Assembly: GCA_037447605.1 (NCBI GenBank)
Contig: CM074818.1
Coordinates: forward strand, 1,190,619 to 1,254,616
DNA from: Zygnema circumcarinatum SAG 698-1b
Taxonomy: Eukaryota; Plantae; Zygnematophyceae
Reading direction: 5' to 3'
DNA length: 63,998 nt
Shown: piece by piece, positions 1 through 13,100 of the stretch
Position numbering within the stretch: the stretch's first letter is position 1
Layout: the number at the start of each line of letters is the position of its first letter
Program-made: the position numbers and the translations under genes
Notes under the pieces: generated by a model
Seen by the model: only the letters and a program-made list of their open reading frames with translations
Told to the model about the DNA's origin: nothing
Database searches by the model: none

Positions 1-138
1 CCTGCCCACCCCTCCCTTCCCTTCTTCCTCTCGGTTTGCGAGTTTTTCTATATTTAGGAACTTTTTATTCTCTTTTTATCCTTTTTCTTTTGGTGGGTGT
101 GAAGCTCTGTCATGATGTAATGGTTGGCTTGCTTGCTT

Positions 139-805
139 GCTCTCTCTTCTCTCTCTCTCTCTTTCTCTCTCTCTCTCCTCAGTCTTTCTCTCCCCTACTC
201 TCTCCTCTGCTCATTCTCTCTCTCTCCTTTGCTCTCTCCTGTGCTCTCTCCTCTAGTCTCTCTCTCCTTTGCTCTCTCTTGTGCTCTCTCCTCTAGTCTC
301 TCTCTCCTTTGCTCTCACTCTACTCACTCTCTCTCTCTCGTTTGCTCTCTCCTCTGCTCATTCTCTCTCTCCTTTGCTCTCTCCTCTAGTCTCTCTCTCC
401 TCTACTCTCACTCCTCTGCTCTTTCTCTCTCCTCTATACTCTCTCTCCTCGGCTCTCGCTCCTTTGCTCTCTCTCTCTTCTCTCTCCTTTGCTCTCTCCT
501 GTAGTCTCTCTCCTCTGCTCTCACTCTGCTCTCTCTCTCTCTCTCTCTTTCTCCCTCTCTTTCTCTCTTTCTCTCTCTCTCTCCTCTGCTCTCTCTCCTC
601 TGCTCTCTCTCCTCTAGTCTTTCTCTCCTCTACTCTCTCTCCTTTGCTTTCTCTTGTGCTCTCTACTCTAGTCTCTCTCTCGTTTGCTCTCACTCCTCTG
701 CTCATTCTCTCTCTCCTTTGCTCTCTCCTGTGCTCTCTACTCTAGTCTCTCTCCTTTGCTCTCACTCCTCTGCTCACTCTCTTTCTCTCCTTTGCGCTCT
801 CTCTC
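139..805. repeat. (CT)n-rich low-complexity satellite with recurring CTCTAGTCTCTCTCCTTTGCT units
   Basis: Nearly pure C/T sequence with repeated ctctagtctctctcctttgct and ctctgctcattctct subunits; it produces the S/L- and R/E-rich artefact ORFs. Confidence 0.9.
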
Positions 806-1139
806 GAACCTTGCGCTGATGTGTGAGAAGGAGAAAACGGGGGGGAAATATCCAAAATGGGGGGGGGGGGGCGGGATATTTCAAAACAGGGGGCAGAATA
901 GCCGAAATGGGAGGGTCGGATTTCAAAAAAACAGTGGCGGGATAACCAAAAAGGGGGGGGGGGCGGTATATAGTTCTCCTAATTAAAAGGAAAATTAGAG
1001 AGGATGTTGCATTCATGCTGCAGGCGCCGTTTCTATGCTCACGTTTTGAATGGAGGTCCGTTAAATGGCATGCGCAAGATGAATGAGAGTGGGCTGTCGT
1101 TCTGTCGTAGACAAGATGAATGAGATGGTTGTAGGGATT

Positions 1140-2030
1140 GAGAGAGGGAGGAGGGAATTGGGAGGTAGGAGAGCGAGAGGGAGCTAGAGAGGTGAAGGGT
1201 GGAGGGGGGAGCGGGAGGGGAGGGAGGGAGGGAGTGGGAGTGGAGGGAGGAGGGAGGAGGGAGAGGGAGAGGGAGTGAGACGTAGAGGGAATGGAGGATG
1301 GGAGAAAGGTGGGAGTCTTCGAGATGCCTCTGTAGAAAAAATGGCAGAGGCGCCGTCGAGCGGACCCGTGGGAAGAGAGGGAAAGACAGGAGGATTCAGG
1401 ATGTCTCGGTAGACATAATATGGGAATTGAGCGAGAGAAAAAGAGAGAAAGGGACGGGGAGGGAAAGTCGGGGACAATTGTGAACCCTTGAAAGGTTTCG
1501 TTAGTCGTAATGGCGGTTACCAACAAGCCTTGACGACTATTATGTACATCACCACCTATCGGCTGATGTCCCTGGCGGTAATGGGGGAGGGGTGGGAGAG
1601 AGAGTGAGCGGGGGGGAAGGGAGAGGTGTGGGGGTAGAGAGTGAGAGGGTGGGAAGATAGAGGGAGGGGTTAGGAGCGAGAGGGAGAGAGGTGGGGGGGG
1701 GGAGAGAGGAAGCAGGCTGAGTGGTAAGGGTGAGCGAGAAACTGCACAGGAGAGAGGTGGAGGGAGGGGTTAGGGAAAGGGGAAGGCTGAGGGGAAAGAG
1801 CAGAGGGGAAGAAGGCGGTGATGGGAGTGGGAGCAGAAGTGGGATAGTTAGGGGTGGTGGCGGAGTGAAGGAGAAGTGGGAGCAGTGGGGGGGGGGAGGA
1901 CGAGGCAGGAGATGTGGGGAGAGTGAGAGAGGTGAAGACTGAGAAGAGGGGGAGAGGGGGAACGGGAGAGGAAGAGTGAGAGGAGATCCGAAGGGGAGAG
2001 AGGGGAGCGAGGAAAAAAAGAGAGGAAGAG
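1140..2030. repeat. G/A-rich polypurine low-complexity region
   Basis: Long ggag/gaga/gggg runs; ORFs here are P/S/L-only artefacts. Confidence 0.8.
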
Positions 2031-2439
2031 GCATTGATATATGTTGCAGAAGTAAAGAATTGAGCTTTCAATATTTGTCAATCCCTTAGGCCCTTTCTCC
2101 ATTGAGAACAATTGTCGAGCTTCTGTTGCGGAATATATAAAATGGAACATATGTAGTGGTGACCCGCCCATGTGTACAAAAAAACTTGTACGTGGCGCGT
2201 CGCCATTGGAAGGTGCTTGACCACAGTTCGCGTCTATCAGTCGCTTAGCTCGAGCAAATATTGATTTGTGTTTTTTTCTTCTTTTTTTTCTTATGAGAGC
2301 ATGCAAAGGCAGGGGCTCCGACTTGCGGGTCCACTTCAAGGTACACCATAATATACTTCTCTTATTCCTGAAGCAAGCAGTTCAAGAATTTAGGGTCAAA
2401 GTTGGGGATTTAGGGTGAAGGTTTTTGCGTTCTCAAGTT

Positions 2440-2975
2440 CCTCTTGGTTCCCCTTGAGCATGTGACTTTTGATGGCATCGCCATCATGGTATCAATCCCA
2501 TTTTCTTGATGCTTCAATCAAACGCATTCAATTAGATTGACTATTTCAAAATTCCAAACGTAGATCAAGGGGCGCGCTGGTATCATACACACTATACTGT
2601 CACAGTTCCTGGTTCAGTTCGACTCGCCACGTACAGGAGCATGGAGGGATAGTGGCACTGTGGTGCTCTGTCACGTTACAATTCCTTTCATCGACACCAC
2701 ATCTCAAAATTCCGAAACGACGTCTGTGGGCAGATGTGGCACCGCATGAAGGCTCAAAAAGCGAGAAATATGATATTGATCTCACGATGGCGATGCCATC
2801 AAATGTACATGGACAAAATCATCATAGGGAAACACAAAGGATTGATCATAAAGGACCAAAGGATAAGAAAAAAGCTAGGAGCAAAAAGCTACACCTAGGT
2901 GCAACAACCCTGGAAACAGCCGCACATCGCGCGGAATCGTCGGTGGATTTCCGCGGTGGCGGAAATCCACCGACA
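2440..2975. mobile_element. Degenerate dispersed repeat (copy A) with an internal inverted repeat and a terminal hairpin
   Basis: 2770-2935 (atctcacgatggcgatgccatcaaatgtacatgg...cacatcgcgcggaa) matches the reverse complement of ~26090-26315. About 2440-2520 is an inverted copy of ~2750-2840. A perfect 16 bp stem lies at 2939-2974. Confidence 0.6.
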
Positions 2976-3049
2976 CGCACGGTCGCCAACAACCTGATGC
3001 CTACCTATCTATGAAGTATGTGCAGTACAAATGGCCTCTTCATCTCATA

Positions 3050-6000
3050 TTAAAATCCCGTACCATCGCATAAACCCGTGGCATCGTCACAGAAGCCATT
3101 GTTGTCTAGCAGTCGCTTGGGTGGAGCGCTGAGAAGTGGGGAAGAAGGACTCCCATACGCATTCCTCTTCCGGTTGCTGCAGCCGAGGCTCTCACGTGTC
3201 TCAATGCCAGTAACGGAGTTAACGCCTTTTGCATATTTACACAAGGCCTGGAAACAGAAACCGCCCGTCCAAAATATGACAGGTTCCCCTCAGAATTCAG
3301 TTCAGAGCAGTTCATCATTTCACTTCTCGGTCACGTCACAATCAGTCAGATGCGTTTGAAACCTAAAGCCCCATCAGCATCAAGAAGATGATGGAAATGG
3401 GAACAATCCTACCTGCTTCTGCGGCAGGTCCAAAACAGCATCACTGAAATCGGCTCCATCCACTACGGCATCGCCCAGGTCACTGCGCGTCAGCACTGTC
3501 CGAACGAGGATCGCGTCTGTCAGGTTGGCCTCGTTCAGCACCTGCTCCACCCGCAGGCAGCACCGCCACACCGGCCCCACCCTCATCCGCCAACTGACCA
3601 AGAGTACTTGAACTCTCCCACATATTCAAAGAAAGTCGCTCCTTCAAAGGGCGATAGGTCCTTACTACTTGCTGGACAATGAATTAAGGTCCACTCAATC
3701 ACGTGGGATAAGGACTGGCCCGGAGACTGAAATGGGTCTACTAAGAACATCTCATTGAAATAGTTCCTAATTCCAGCATAGCTGAAGTGTCAAGGAGGCA
3801 GGGAATATTGCCCGTAACGCACAAGCAAATGCTACGTAATTCCTATCAAACATTGGAAATGAGAAGTTATTTCCGGAAGCCGTTAGCCTTTCATAGCCTC
3901 AGCATGTGTACTACTGTCAACCATGACTGAACTAAAGACAGGTGCAACCACTTCAGCATCTTGAAGTCAGCATCACAAAGGTTCCATTAGAAAGTAAAGT
4001 ACAAGCCGAAAGACAAAAGCTACATGAAGACTTTCAAAAGTGCTGAAGGCAGCTAGTGACCAACTCACCATACGGTCCATAAGGGCGTCGCTGAAGTCAG
4101 CACCTGTGTTGTCCCAGAAAGCACCCACTGGCCATCTTCTCAGCTGGGAGACAGGGAAAGGAATCGCATCCTTAATTGCAGTCAAGCTCTTTTCAATTGC
4201 CATTCTGCAATCTGTGTCGAAGCAACGCCATAGCTGACCACAGTCCTTCGTCCCACGTGCCTCCAGGCCTCTGTCTAGCCTAAGCAACTTCGTCCAGTGA
4301 AATATTGGGACACTAAAGGAAATAGCTACACCTTGGTAAGTGACAGGAGTGGAGGGACTATGCTGGCGATTTTTACAAATGAAAAAGCATGAAGAAGGTG
4401 AAACTTATTAACGAGTTAAACATTGTGAGAGAGATGCCACCCAACAGTTGCAGTCGTTGGTTCATTTTTGTAGGCAGTTTAGGCAAGATGACAACCAAGC
4501 AGCACTTATGAATTCAAATTGACGCAATGTCCAAAGCTCTCCATTTCATGCACTTGGTAGATGCACAACTCTCTGGGCCTTGGCGCCAAACCTGTGAAAT
4601 TGGCCTTGTATGCCACAGCCTTCTCCAGATACCCTCCATTAAATGTGCATCCGCTGAAATCAGCTTCTCTCATGTCGGCAGAAGTAAAGTTCGCCCGTCT
4701 ACAAGCCAAACATTCCCACAAATGACTTTTCAATTCATCTGCTTTGCCTTATTTTTCTGATCTAATCAGACAACATAGAGGCTCACTCGATGCGAAAGTC
4801 CTTTCTTTCTTTCGATCTGATCACAAACATTACTGCAGCGCACTCTGCAACAATATATTTTGGAATTGAGAATGTGCCACACTTTCCCATGAGTAGGGCA
4901 CACAGAACAGACAATATACTATTGAAAACTACACAATCATGTTAAATTTGCACCCTACCTCTAAACTACTGCTAAACATCACCCATCCCTGAAACATTGA
5001 TGACAAACACCTCGCAAGAAGCACAGCTAGACTTTAAGACATGTTTGAGGGCATGCTTCTCGAATGTGCCCGTGCAAGTGCCATGCACCTACAAAAACGC
5101 ACTCAACATATTGTGCATGTGATAATCAGAACCCAACTTGCAATGTAACACTGTCAGTGTACGACTCAGAAAGAAAGAAAGAAGACTGACACTAGTATAG
5201 CGCCCACGGCTGATGATTTGCCAGGAAATGCTCACATCCTACCGTGCATATCCCTACTCAGATCGACAAAGTATTACAGTACAGGCACTTTCTGCAAGTT
5301 CGCAAGAATTCAAGAACACCGTGATATCTGAAAATAGATGTCACATTTTTGTCTGTCATTTCTTTGTTTTCATTTTTTTCTGTCATTTCTGTTTGTTTTC
5401 TCCATTTCTTGTCGTAGAGCATGCACGGATGACAAGCTAGAACGAGACCTGGTTATGATTCTTCGGGCGTTTTTAAAAGAACCCAAAATCCAGTCAATGT
5501 TTCATTAAGCGATGAGAACAGACACGTCACTGGAGGAGTTCACCGGAGAAGTATGAACAGGACAAGGAAAGCAATGTAGAGAAAGGAAAGCAATGTAGAA
5601 CCTGAAATTTTCATTTGCATGTTGAGTTTTTCTGGTATTCTCCGCCGGGCAGAAGCCATCACCGTAAGCATCACCCACCCGAACATTCTGCAGTCAGGTG
5701 TTGCATTTAAAATGGAGAAAGTTTGCCAAGCCTTGAACGACAGCACAATAGTAAGAATGGAAGCACCTGAAATAACCAATAAACTGAGCTGGTTGTGCAA
5801 AAAAGAATGTGGAAACTGGCACTATCTGAGAGCTAGGTCACTCACGATAAGCATGTTGGAATAGGGTTGGCTCTTGAGAGCATAAATCAAGAGATGCCAA
5901 AGGCTATACATTGAGTCTCATTCGTACCGGAGGTCTGCAGAGCCGTATTGGGCGGCAGAGCCGAAGCCGAATTCTGTTCGGACATTGGCCTCATACTTGT

Positions 6001-6739
6001 TCAGATCAGCAATCGCAGGCGCCCCTGAAAGCACAACTGCTGTTGCAAAAGTTGCCGCAGCCGCTGACTGCAGAAAGTTCAGTTTTCTTTCTGCACATAA
6101 AAAAAAGAGAAGAAAATTAGCACTGTCGTTACGTAGCAACGAAGAACAATAATCAGATTGCAAGGGACATGATTCTATGCCGCTGCTTCTCCGTTTTCGA
6201 AAAGTTGAGAATTTCTCTGCAAACCAATCGAAAACTATGAGGTATCTGTTGCAAAATTGGCCATAAGCGAATTCGAAAGCCGAGTATATCAACTAACGAT
6301 AATAATTTCACAAGGACAAAGTTAGTCCTCAACTCAAACTGCCAATGCATGCTTCTTAAGCTGATGACCTTTTAAGCCAGTCCATGCATTGCACTGAGAA
6401 CTATACCTGCTCGAACATAGATGCTGTTTTCTGCATACAAGCATCCTAAAGGTTTGATTGAAGGACAGAGCATTGCCCGCCAAGGACGAGAACTGGTGCA
6501 AAGCGAACAAGAATTCGAACAAGCAAAAACACTGAGACATCGCCCGGAGCCGCAAGACTCTCCTCCTCCGGGCCGCCTCTCTCACCAGCTCCCTCCTCTC
6601 CCGCGCGCTCGCTCTCTTGCGCGTCCCTCGACGCACGCGCGCCCACCCTCCCGCCAGCCCTCCGCGCGCTGCGCACCACGTGCAGCGGCGCTGCGTCGGC
6701 GAAGCGCGGGGCGAAGGCCGCCGCTGCCAAGGCTGCCAT
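3050..6739 (-). CDS. Thylakoid lumenal pentapeptide-repeat protein, TL20.3 (At1g12250)-like
   Basis: GT-AG exons: 6739-~6540 (transit peptide; donor uncertain, possible small exon near 6407-6430), 6067-5928 (ADLNKYEANVRTEFGFGSAAQYGSADLR), 5631-5602 (30 nt, KTQHANENFR), 4698-4592 (RANFTSADMREADFSG...AVAYKANFTG), 4103-4069, 3541-3413 (VLNEANLTDAILVRTVLTRSDL), 3247-3050 (ALCKYAKG...NAYGSPSSPLLSAPP...GFCDDATGLC). Closely resembles the plant TL20.3 sequence as recalled. Confidence 0.92.
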
Positions 6740-7158
6740 GGCGCCTCCCACTCTCTTTCTCTACCTGCGTCTCTTTCTCCCTCTCCCTCTCTCTCTCTCT
6801 CCCTCTCTCTCCCCCTCCCTCTCTCGCTCTCCCTCTCCCTCTCCCTCTCTCCCTCCATCTCTCCCTCCCCTGGCGCCACGTCGCGGCGGACGTGGCGCCG
6901 GTCCGCGCGCGGTCGGCGCGTGCGCGCACTCCCAAAGGCACACAATCCGAACTTTGATCAAGTCCGGTACCGCAGTTGACTGCCGTACCGTATCGTACCA
7001 TACCGTACCATACGGTCATCCCTTCCTTCCCGCGCAGCGTGGGAGGCGCTTGGTTCAAACCGCCCTCCCTCCCGCCCTCCGCTTTCCCGCGCTCCGCCCT
7101 CCGCCCGCCCGCCAGGCAGCAGGCAGGAGGCAGGCAGGCAGGTAGGCAGGGGGGCGCC
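6740..7158. promoter_or_regulatory. Compact divergent promoter region (TL20.3 / DTL)
   Basis: Only 419 bp separate the opposing ATGs. Contains a CT tract, a GC-rich block and a ccgtac/cgtatc array at 6966-7015. Confidence 0.75.
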
Positions 7159-10100
7159 ATGGCGGCCAGACGCGCATCTTTTCCTCACCTGCTGCGCGAC
7201 AGGGAGGTGCTCGGATCGCGAGGTAGTCAGGGCCTCCCCGTCTTGCTTCCGCCCGCTGTTTGCACGTGAAGGCGGATTCCGAAATCTTTCGCCCTGCCTG
7301 CTTATTCTTGTTCGACCTCCAGAGAGACTATCTGACTGACTGGCTGACTGATTGGCTTCCAGAAAATATAGAGGGTTTTATTAAATGACCTAATTTTCAC
7401 GCGGAATCCCGACAGCTGTGATTGAGGTGGTTTCACACGGCTCTAGGCCAATGACGGCTTTTTTCCTGCAATTGCGTCACGTGCAGCTCATGTGAAGCCT
7501 GAAGCGCGTTCCTACTCGTCGGAAATCTTCAATCCACTTTGTGGATTTGTTCAAGACGCCAGCTCGGATGGGCCCATGCCTCCTTTGCTTGCACTTTCCT
7601 TCAGCCAGGTTTGCGTCTGATCTGCATTCTTGAACCTCTGAATTCACCTTCACTTTCTCTAGAAGACGCATTCCTAAGCTCGTAAGCATGTAAATATTGG
7701 GATTTAGGTAGGAGATAACAAGGAGCAATCGTGTAATTTCAACAAATGATTACCGGGAAGCATTTCAGCGCGTCCAAATTCTACTGCATTTTTCTCCTGC
7801 AGGTTTCTCCCAGTGATGGGAAAGCTGTACCACGCAAAAGGAGTAGCATTTATGGTTCCTTGCCCGCATGCCTTCGTTTTGCTGCCTTGACATTCATTTG
7901 TGCTTAGCTTTGAAAACAGAGGAGCAGAGGCACGCCTCATCAACTACATTGAAGCTTGGGTGAACTTTAGCAAGTCTGAGTTGCGATCTTGCAGGCGGGC
8001 TCATCACACATGCATGCTTCCTCATTAGCGTGGGAATAATTGGCTACATTAGTAGTCCAGTTTGACCATTCGCATGACCGTTGTCATCTCATTGGTTCCT
8101 GTGGCGTCCTTGCAGAGAGCCTCTTCTGGACATTGTTTGGCAGTTGGGGCTGAAGATGGAAACATCGCAGTGAGTGACACAAGCTCCTACACACAAAGAG
8201 GTAAGTGGTCCTTATTCAGATACTTCATTGGTTTCCCTGGACATCCAGTTTCTCGATATCGATATCGATGGCGCGTTGAAAGTCAGCATTTCACTATTCT
8301 CAATTGAACAGTTCAGTTGAACATTTCATTCTACTATCTTTCTGGTTTTTTTTGACATTGTTACAAATTTACCAACTAAAATTAGAAAGGTTTAAGAGGT
8401 TGTACCATTTAATCGGTATAGTATACCTGCATAAAGGTAACTGAAGGTACTCTTCAATTGTGGCAATGCAGGGCGCCCTGACGCAAAGTGGCAAGCGCAC
8501 AACAACGCCATTTTTGATGTGCTGTGGACAAAAGTAAGTTCAGTACATACTCTGTTGAACTTTCCCACACCATATGTCATGGCGGTAGAGTTGCGCAATT
8601 GAACAGATTAAAGAAAAAGGTGCGGTGTGGGTCAGTTGCTGGTGTTCTTTTTATGCAAATTCTTAACGATCAGGGCAAACATACTAATGCATTTCAACAT
8701 CCACCTTTACAGACTGTCTGGTGGTTATTCTTGAGTTTCTGTAGTTATGCCGCCAAAGAGAGCATTATCTTTAAGGCTCTTTGTTGATATGGGGGTAGTA
8801 CTCCCTCTCACATCCTTCACTCTTCTGAGGCTTATATCAGCCTAACTTCTTGGCTAAAATGTGTCTTCTCTGTGTTCATTTCATGAGCTATTTGTACATA
8901 CGGCATACGGTTTCCCACTAAACTTATACCGGAATTTCTTTGCTTTTTTATGCACACACTTCTTGCAATATCAGTTGTGGGTTAATGCTTGTCTGTTATT
9001 CATGGTTGCCTGCATGTGCAGGCCGACTCCACAATACTCACAGCCTCAGGCGACCAAACGGTACGTGTCATGCTGACAGAGGCAGGTGCTAGAGTGTTGC
9101 CTGATGCAGGAGCTTTGCTGCCTTTGTCCTGGACACATTCGCATCTTCTATCTTTTGCTCCTCACTGCAGGTTGCGTCAGCTGGATGTGCTTTTTTTTAG
9201 CTCCATCGTGTGGAATTGTGCAGATAGTTGCCTGGGATGTAGAAAAGCAGCAGGCAGTCGCCCGCTGTCAAGGCCATACGGGTAGTGTGAAGGCCATCTG
9301 CGTACAGCCTGCCGCAGAAGGTACTGCCCTTCCCCTCGGTTTAATGTCGCAGTCGTTGTGTCTGGTTACTGCATTTCCTATACTATCCATTCTTTTTCTG
9401 ACAGTTTTCATTCAGCAAAATTGCTTTTGCAAATTTACAGGACATGCTAATTCATTGTCTTAAGCTCCGAGGTTGATTCAATGTATCTGAAACTTATGCT
9501 CTGCATGTTCCAGACTGCTTTGCATCAGGAGCCCGCGACGGCAGTGTTTTGTTGTGGGACATGCGGACAGCAGCAGCAGCAGCACCAAATTGCTCCAGGT
9601 ATTTTCATGCATGGCTGCCTCTAGGTTGGATGTAAAATTGGCTCAGGCATGGCCTCCTTTCCTTGAAAGCATTGACACATGAATTTGAATGAGATAGTAA
9701 TTCACTTTTGCAGTTGTCTAAAATTGCTGTGGATGGGCGCACATGTACCTAAATAAATGGAGGGCTTATTAATGCAAGGACTTGTCGATACATGGATATT
9801 ATGCTTTTAGACCAGATGGTTGACCAATCCTGACTCGGATGCCCACCCTGTATTGTCTGTCATCACGGTTGCCTCAGATAGTGCAAACGCAACATGTAGC
9901 CAGCTTACAGCTTGACAAAGATTTACTTTTTCCTTTCTTGACGAAAAATTTGTGAAAGAAGTCGAAACGTCAATTCAAGGCAGATGGTTTTTGGCTCGTT
10001 AGATGTCACAGTTCACTTTCACAATTCAAAAGGCGTGATTTTTTACCGTGATTGTGTGAATCAAATGTTAATTAGTAAATGATTTTACTCGTTTGGGTTC

Positions 10101-13100
10101 TCGATTTCAAACTCTCATTATGTCTGGCTGCAGTTACTTGAATTTGTCCATTTAGTTAGGTCAATGATCTGGTAAAGCATTACTATACAACCTGGCGGAG
10201 TTTATGCAACTTAAAGTTGCCCGGGAAACTGTTACCTGTCATACTTTGGCAGATAGTGATAAGGAGTCATGGATGTAGCAAAATGGCGGCGGTTTTTGGT
10301 TTAAATTGCTGTATGCATAAATACCAAGTGGCCTCACCGTTGCTTCGGGCAAGAGGCCTTAACCATAGGTTTCCTGGGATGGGAAGGGTTGCAGGCCATG
10401 TGCAGAGATCAAGGATGCCCATGCGCCAGGGGGGCAGAAGAGGCTGCTAAAGAGGAGTCGGAGAGTGCAGGTAGAGCTATTCTGTTCCCTCTCTAAGCCC
10501 CTCAACTTTGCAGGCCTCACTATGAATGGCGTCCTGTTCGACGCCATTCGAATAGCTCTCAGAACCCATTTTCTTCATTAGCCGCCACTGCTCGCCCGCC
10601 CGTGCCCTCTCTTCTCGTTCCCCCTTTCTTTAGAAAGACTTTTTCTCTGCGCAACTGTCCTTATCCTACCCCTCTTTCTTTTCCGCCAATGCGTTTGCCA
10701 TAACTCTCCTTTGTTTCTTCTCTCGTTCCTGCCTCTTCGTCTCCTCCGATGCTTCTCCTCTTTTCCTGCCTATCACATTAACTCTCATTGTGACCGACCA
10801 AATAAACTTGAAACTCATGATGCAGTAGTATGAGTAATGTCCTAAATTCTGTACGATGACCGAAAAGTAACTGTGAACATCAGTTTGAAATTGGTTATTT
10901 ATCCTAAGGTTCACCCCAAACTGCAGGTCTTGGTAAGGATGAAAAAATGAAGCATTAGTAATTTCTTTCAAAGCGTTAGATTATAGCATGATAGTAAAAA
11001 TACATTCAGCAATTCTTAAATAAAACCCTTGCTTTTTCATGGTGATGACGTCCTGCTGCTGTGGCACGTGGATACGATGGTCTACAGGGAGACTCGAAGA
11101 AGAGTGTGACTGCCGTCCTCTATCTGCAAGATGGCCACATGCTGGCTACTGCTGGAGCAGCAGATGGGTAAGCTTTACTTGGGATGGAGGCATCTCTCTG
11201 CCGTTACTCTATTAGTCTGCAGTCACTTCGTGTAGCCGCCCTCACAATAGGCGCTCCTTCTGTCTCCTATTCACTTGCATAAGCACAAGCAGGTCTTCCT
11301 ACACTTTTATAAGGTTATGCTTATTGTGTAGAAAGCGTTCTTGTTGCTACCCTGTGGCACTTTGTATTTCAACTGTTGTATTGTAAGTTATATTCCACCT
11401 ACTGCGGATCGCTCCTTTCACCAGTGGTGCCACGGTTTCCTATGTTGTCCGCAACATTCTCTTGCCTGAAGTTTTTAGACTATCAACATTGAACGATGGT
11501 GTCCTTGCAACGCCTGACACAAAAAGATTTTACTTGGGAAGTTCAGGGTGGTCAAATTCTGGGATCTACGAGCCCTGAAGGTTCCTGCCGTCGTTGCGAT
11601 GCAGCAGTGTGCCTCGGAGTCATCATCCTACACAGCGCAGGTATTCTTTCAAAGCAAAGAAGAGGCTGCAATCTAACACGACTAGTTGGATTTCCGAGAT
11701 GGCCGAAACTGACGTCCATATGGCTGCTTTCTTCAGGAGAGAATTCATGGAATTACAAGCCTGTCTCAGGACAGTAGCGGGACTCGCCTGACAGCTTCTT
11801 CCAATAGTGGCAGGTGACGATGACTAACTATTGCTGTGTTAGTGCATTATTCGGCTAGTATCCACATCCATATCCATCCAACCCCAACCCCAAAACCCCA
11901 ACCATTTCTGGATTTTCTTTCCGAAAGATTGATTTCCAAAATTGCATGGCAGCTGCACCTCCCGCCAATGCTAGTATTGAGCTAATGCAGAAATTGCTGG
12001 TGGTTTCTTGCAAACAGCATCTACCTACTGGATCCTTTGGAATTGAACAAACCGACGACAGCTCTCCGGAAGTTTTCCGGACATCAAATGGGGTCCTTCT
12101 ACATAAAAGTGAGCTAGACCCGCTATATGAGTTGAAGCTGACGCAAGTGTGTCTCGAGGAAAGCGGGACTACTTTGGTTGATTATGGCTGAGGTAGACAT
12201 TAGAAGGGCCTTAGACTTGAGGGATTTCATGTACTAACTCACAAGTGCAGGGGTATATAAACGTATGCATTCGACAGACTCATTATATACATTACCAATA
12301 AGTTTTTCATCTATGTAACCTTGCAGCGATAGGGGGAACAGTGAACAGTGAAGCTCCGTTTCATGAGAGATCTAAACCTTAACAAAGTAGGTTATTTGTC
12401 CTCTGCTTTTGCCGTTGGGTTTGAGCGATTTTGCAATCCTATTCTGTCGGTGGTTGATTTACACATGAGGTAAACGTTTCCTGGAACGCCCTAGTCGTTC
12501 ATGTCCTAGCTACTGTTCCTTATTTTTGCACGCTGAAGTTCTAACTGCTGCCTCTTACGAAACTTGCGGGTTGCAGGCGAAGCTGAGTATAGATGGGGAG
12601 AGCATCCTGAGCGGTTCAGCTGACGGAGGCGTATACGTTTGGCAGGTCAGTGTTGTCACCCTTCTCGTTCAGCAATCACATGGAGTGTTCGGTCCTCGGA
12701 GATCGGGCCTTTCTACGAGGCCTGCAGGAACGGAATTCGCACTGCGCCGTGGTGCTTTGCGATATGACGACTTAAGTATCATGTTCTTGAGGTTGCATGG
12801 TATTGCTGGTTGTGGGACTTCGAAACTTGATCTCTCTCATTCATTTCATCTAATACATGTCAACAAGCAAGCAGCTCAAGAGCTGTGTGTCGAAGTGGCA
12901 GCCATGCCCCTCCCTGTCAGCAATGTTGAGCATGACTTGAGATTTTCCTACATGCTTTGTACGTGATGCTTGGTACACAATGCGACCAACATGTAGTGCC
13001 ATCAACGAATGTAGACCGACGCAGAATCTGCAATTGGTTGACGGTGTTTGTATGTGAGCTGGCATGTGCGAAGGTGTCCCGCCCAGAATCTCCGCCGGCA

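Noticed and set aside
829-980. Spaced G-run/A-run units ending in tatatagttctcc, resembling a Mutator-like TIR
   Set aside because: No partner TIR or TSD found in the window.
2086-2105. tta-GGCCCTTTCTCCATTG resembling a PIF/Tourist terminus
   Set aside because: No matching inverted end found.
36-2339. Many ORFs of 60-250 aa rich in S/L/P or R/E/G
   Set aside because: Translations of CT/GA low-complexity DNA that lacks stop codons; no domain motifs.
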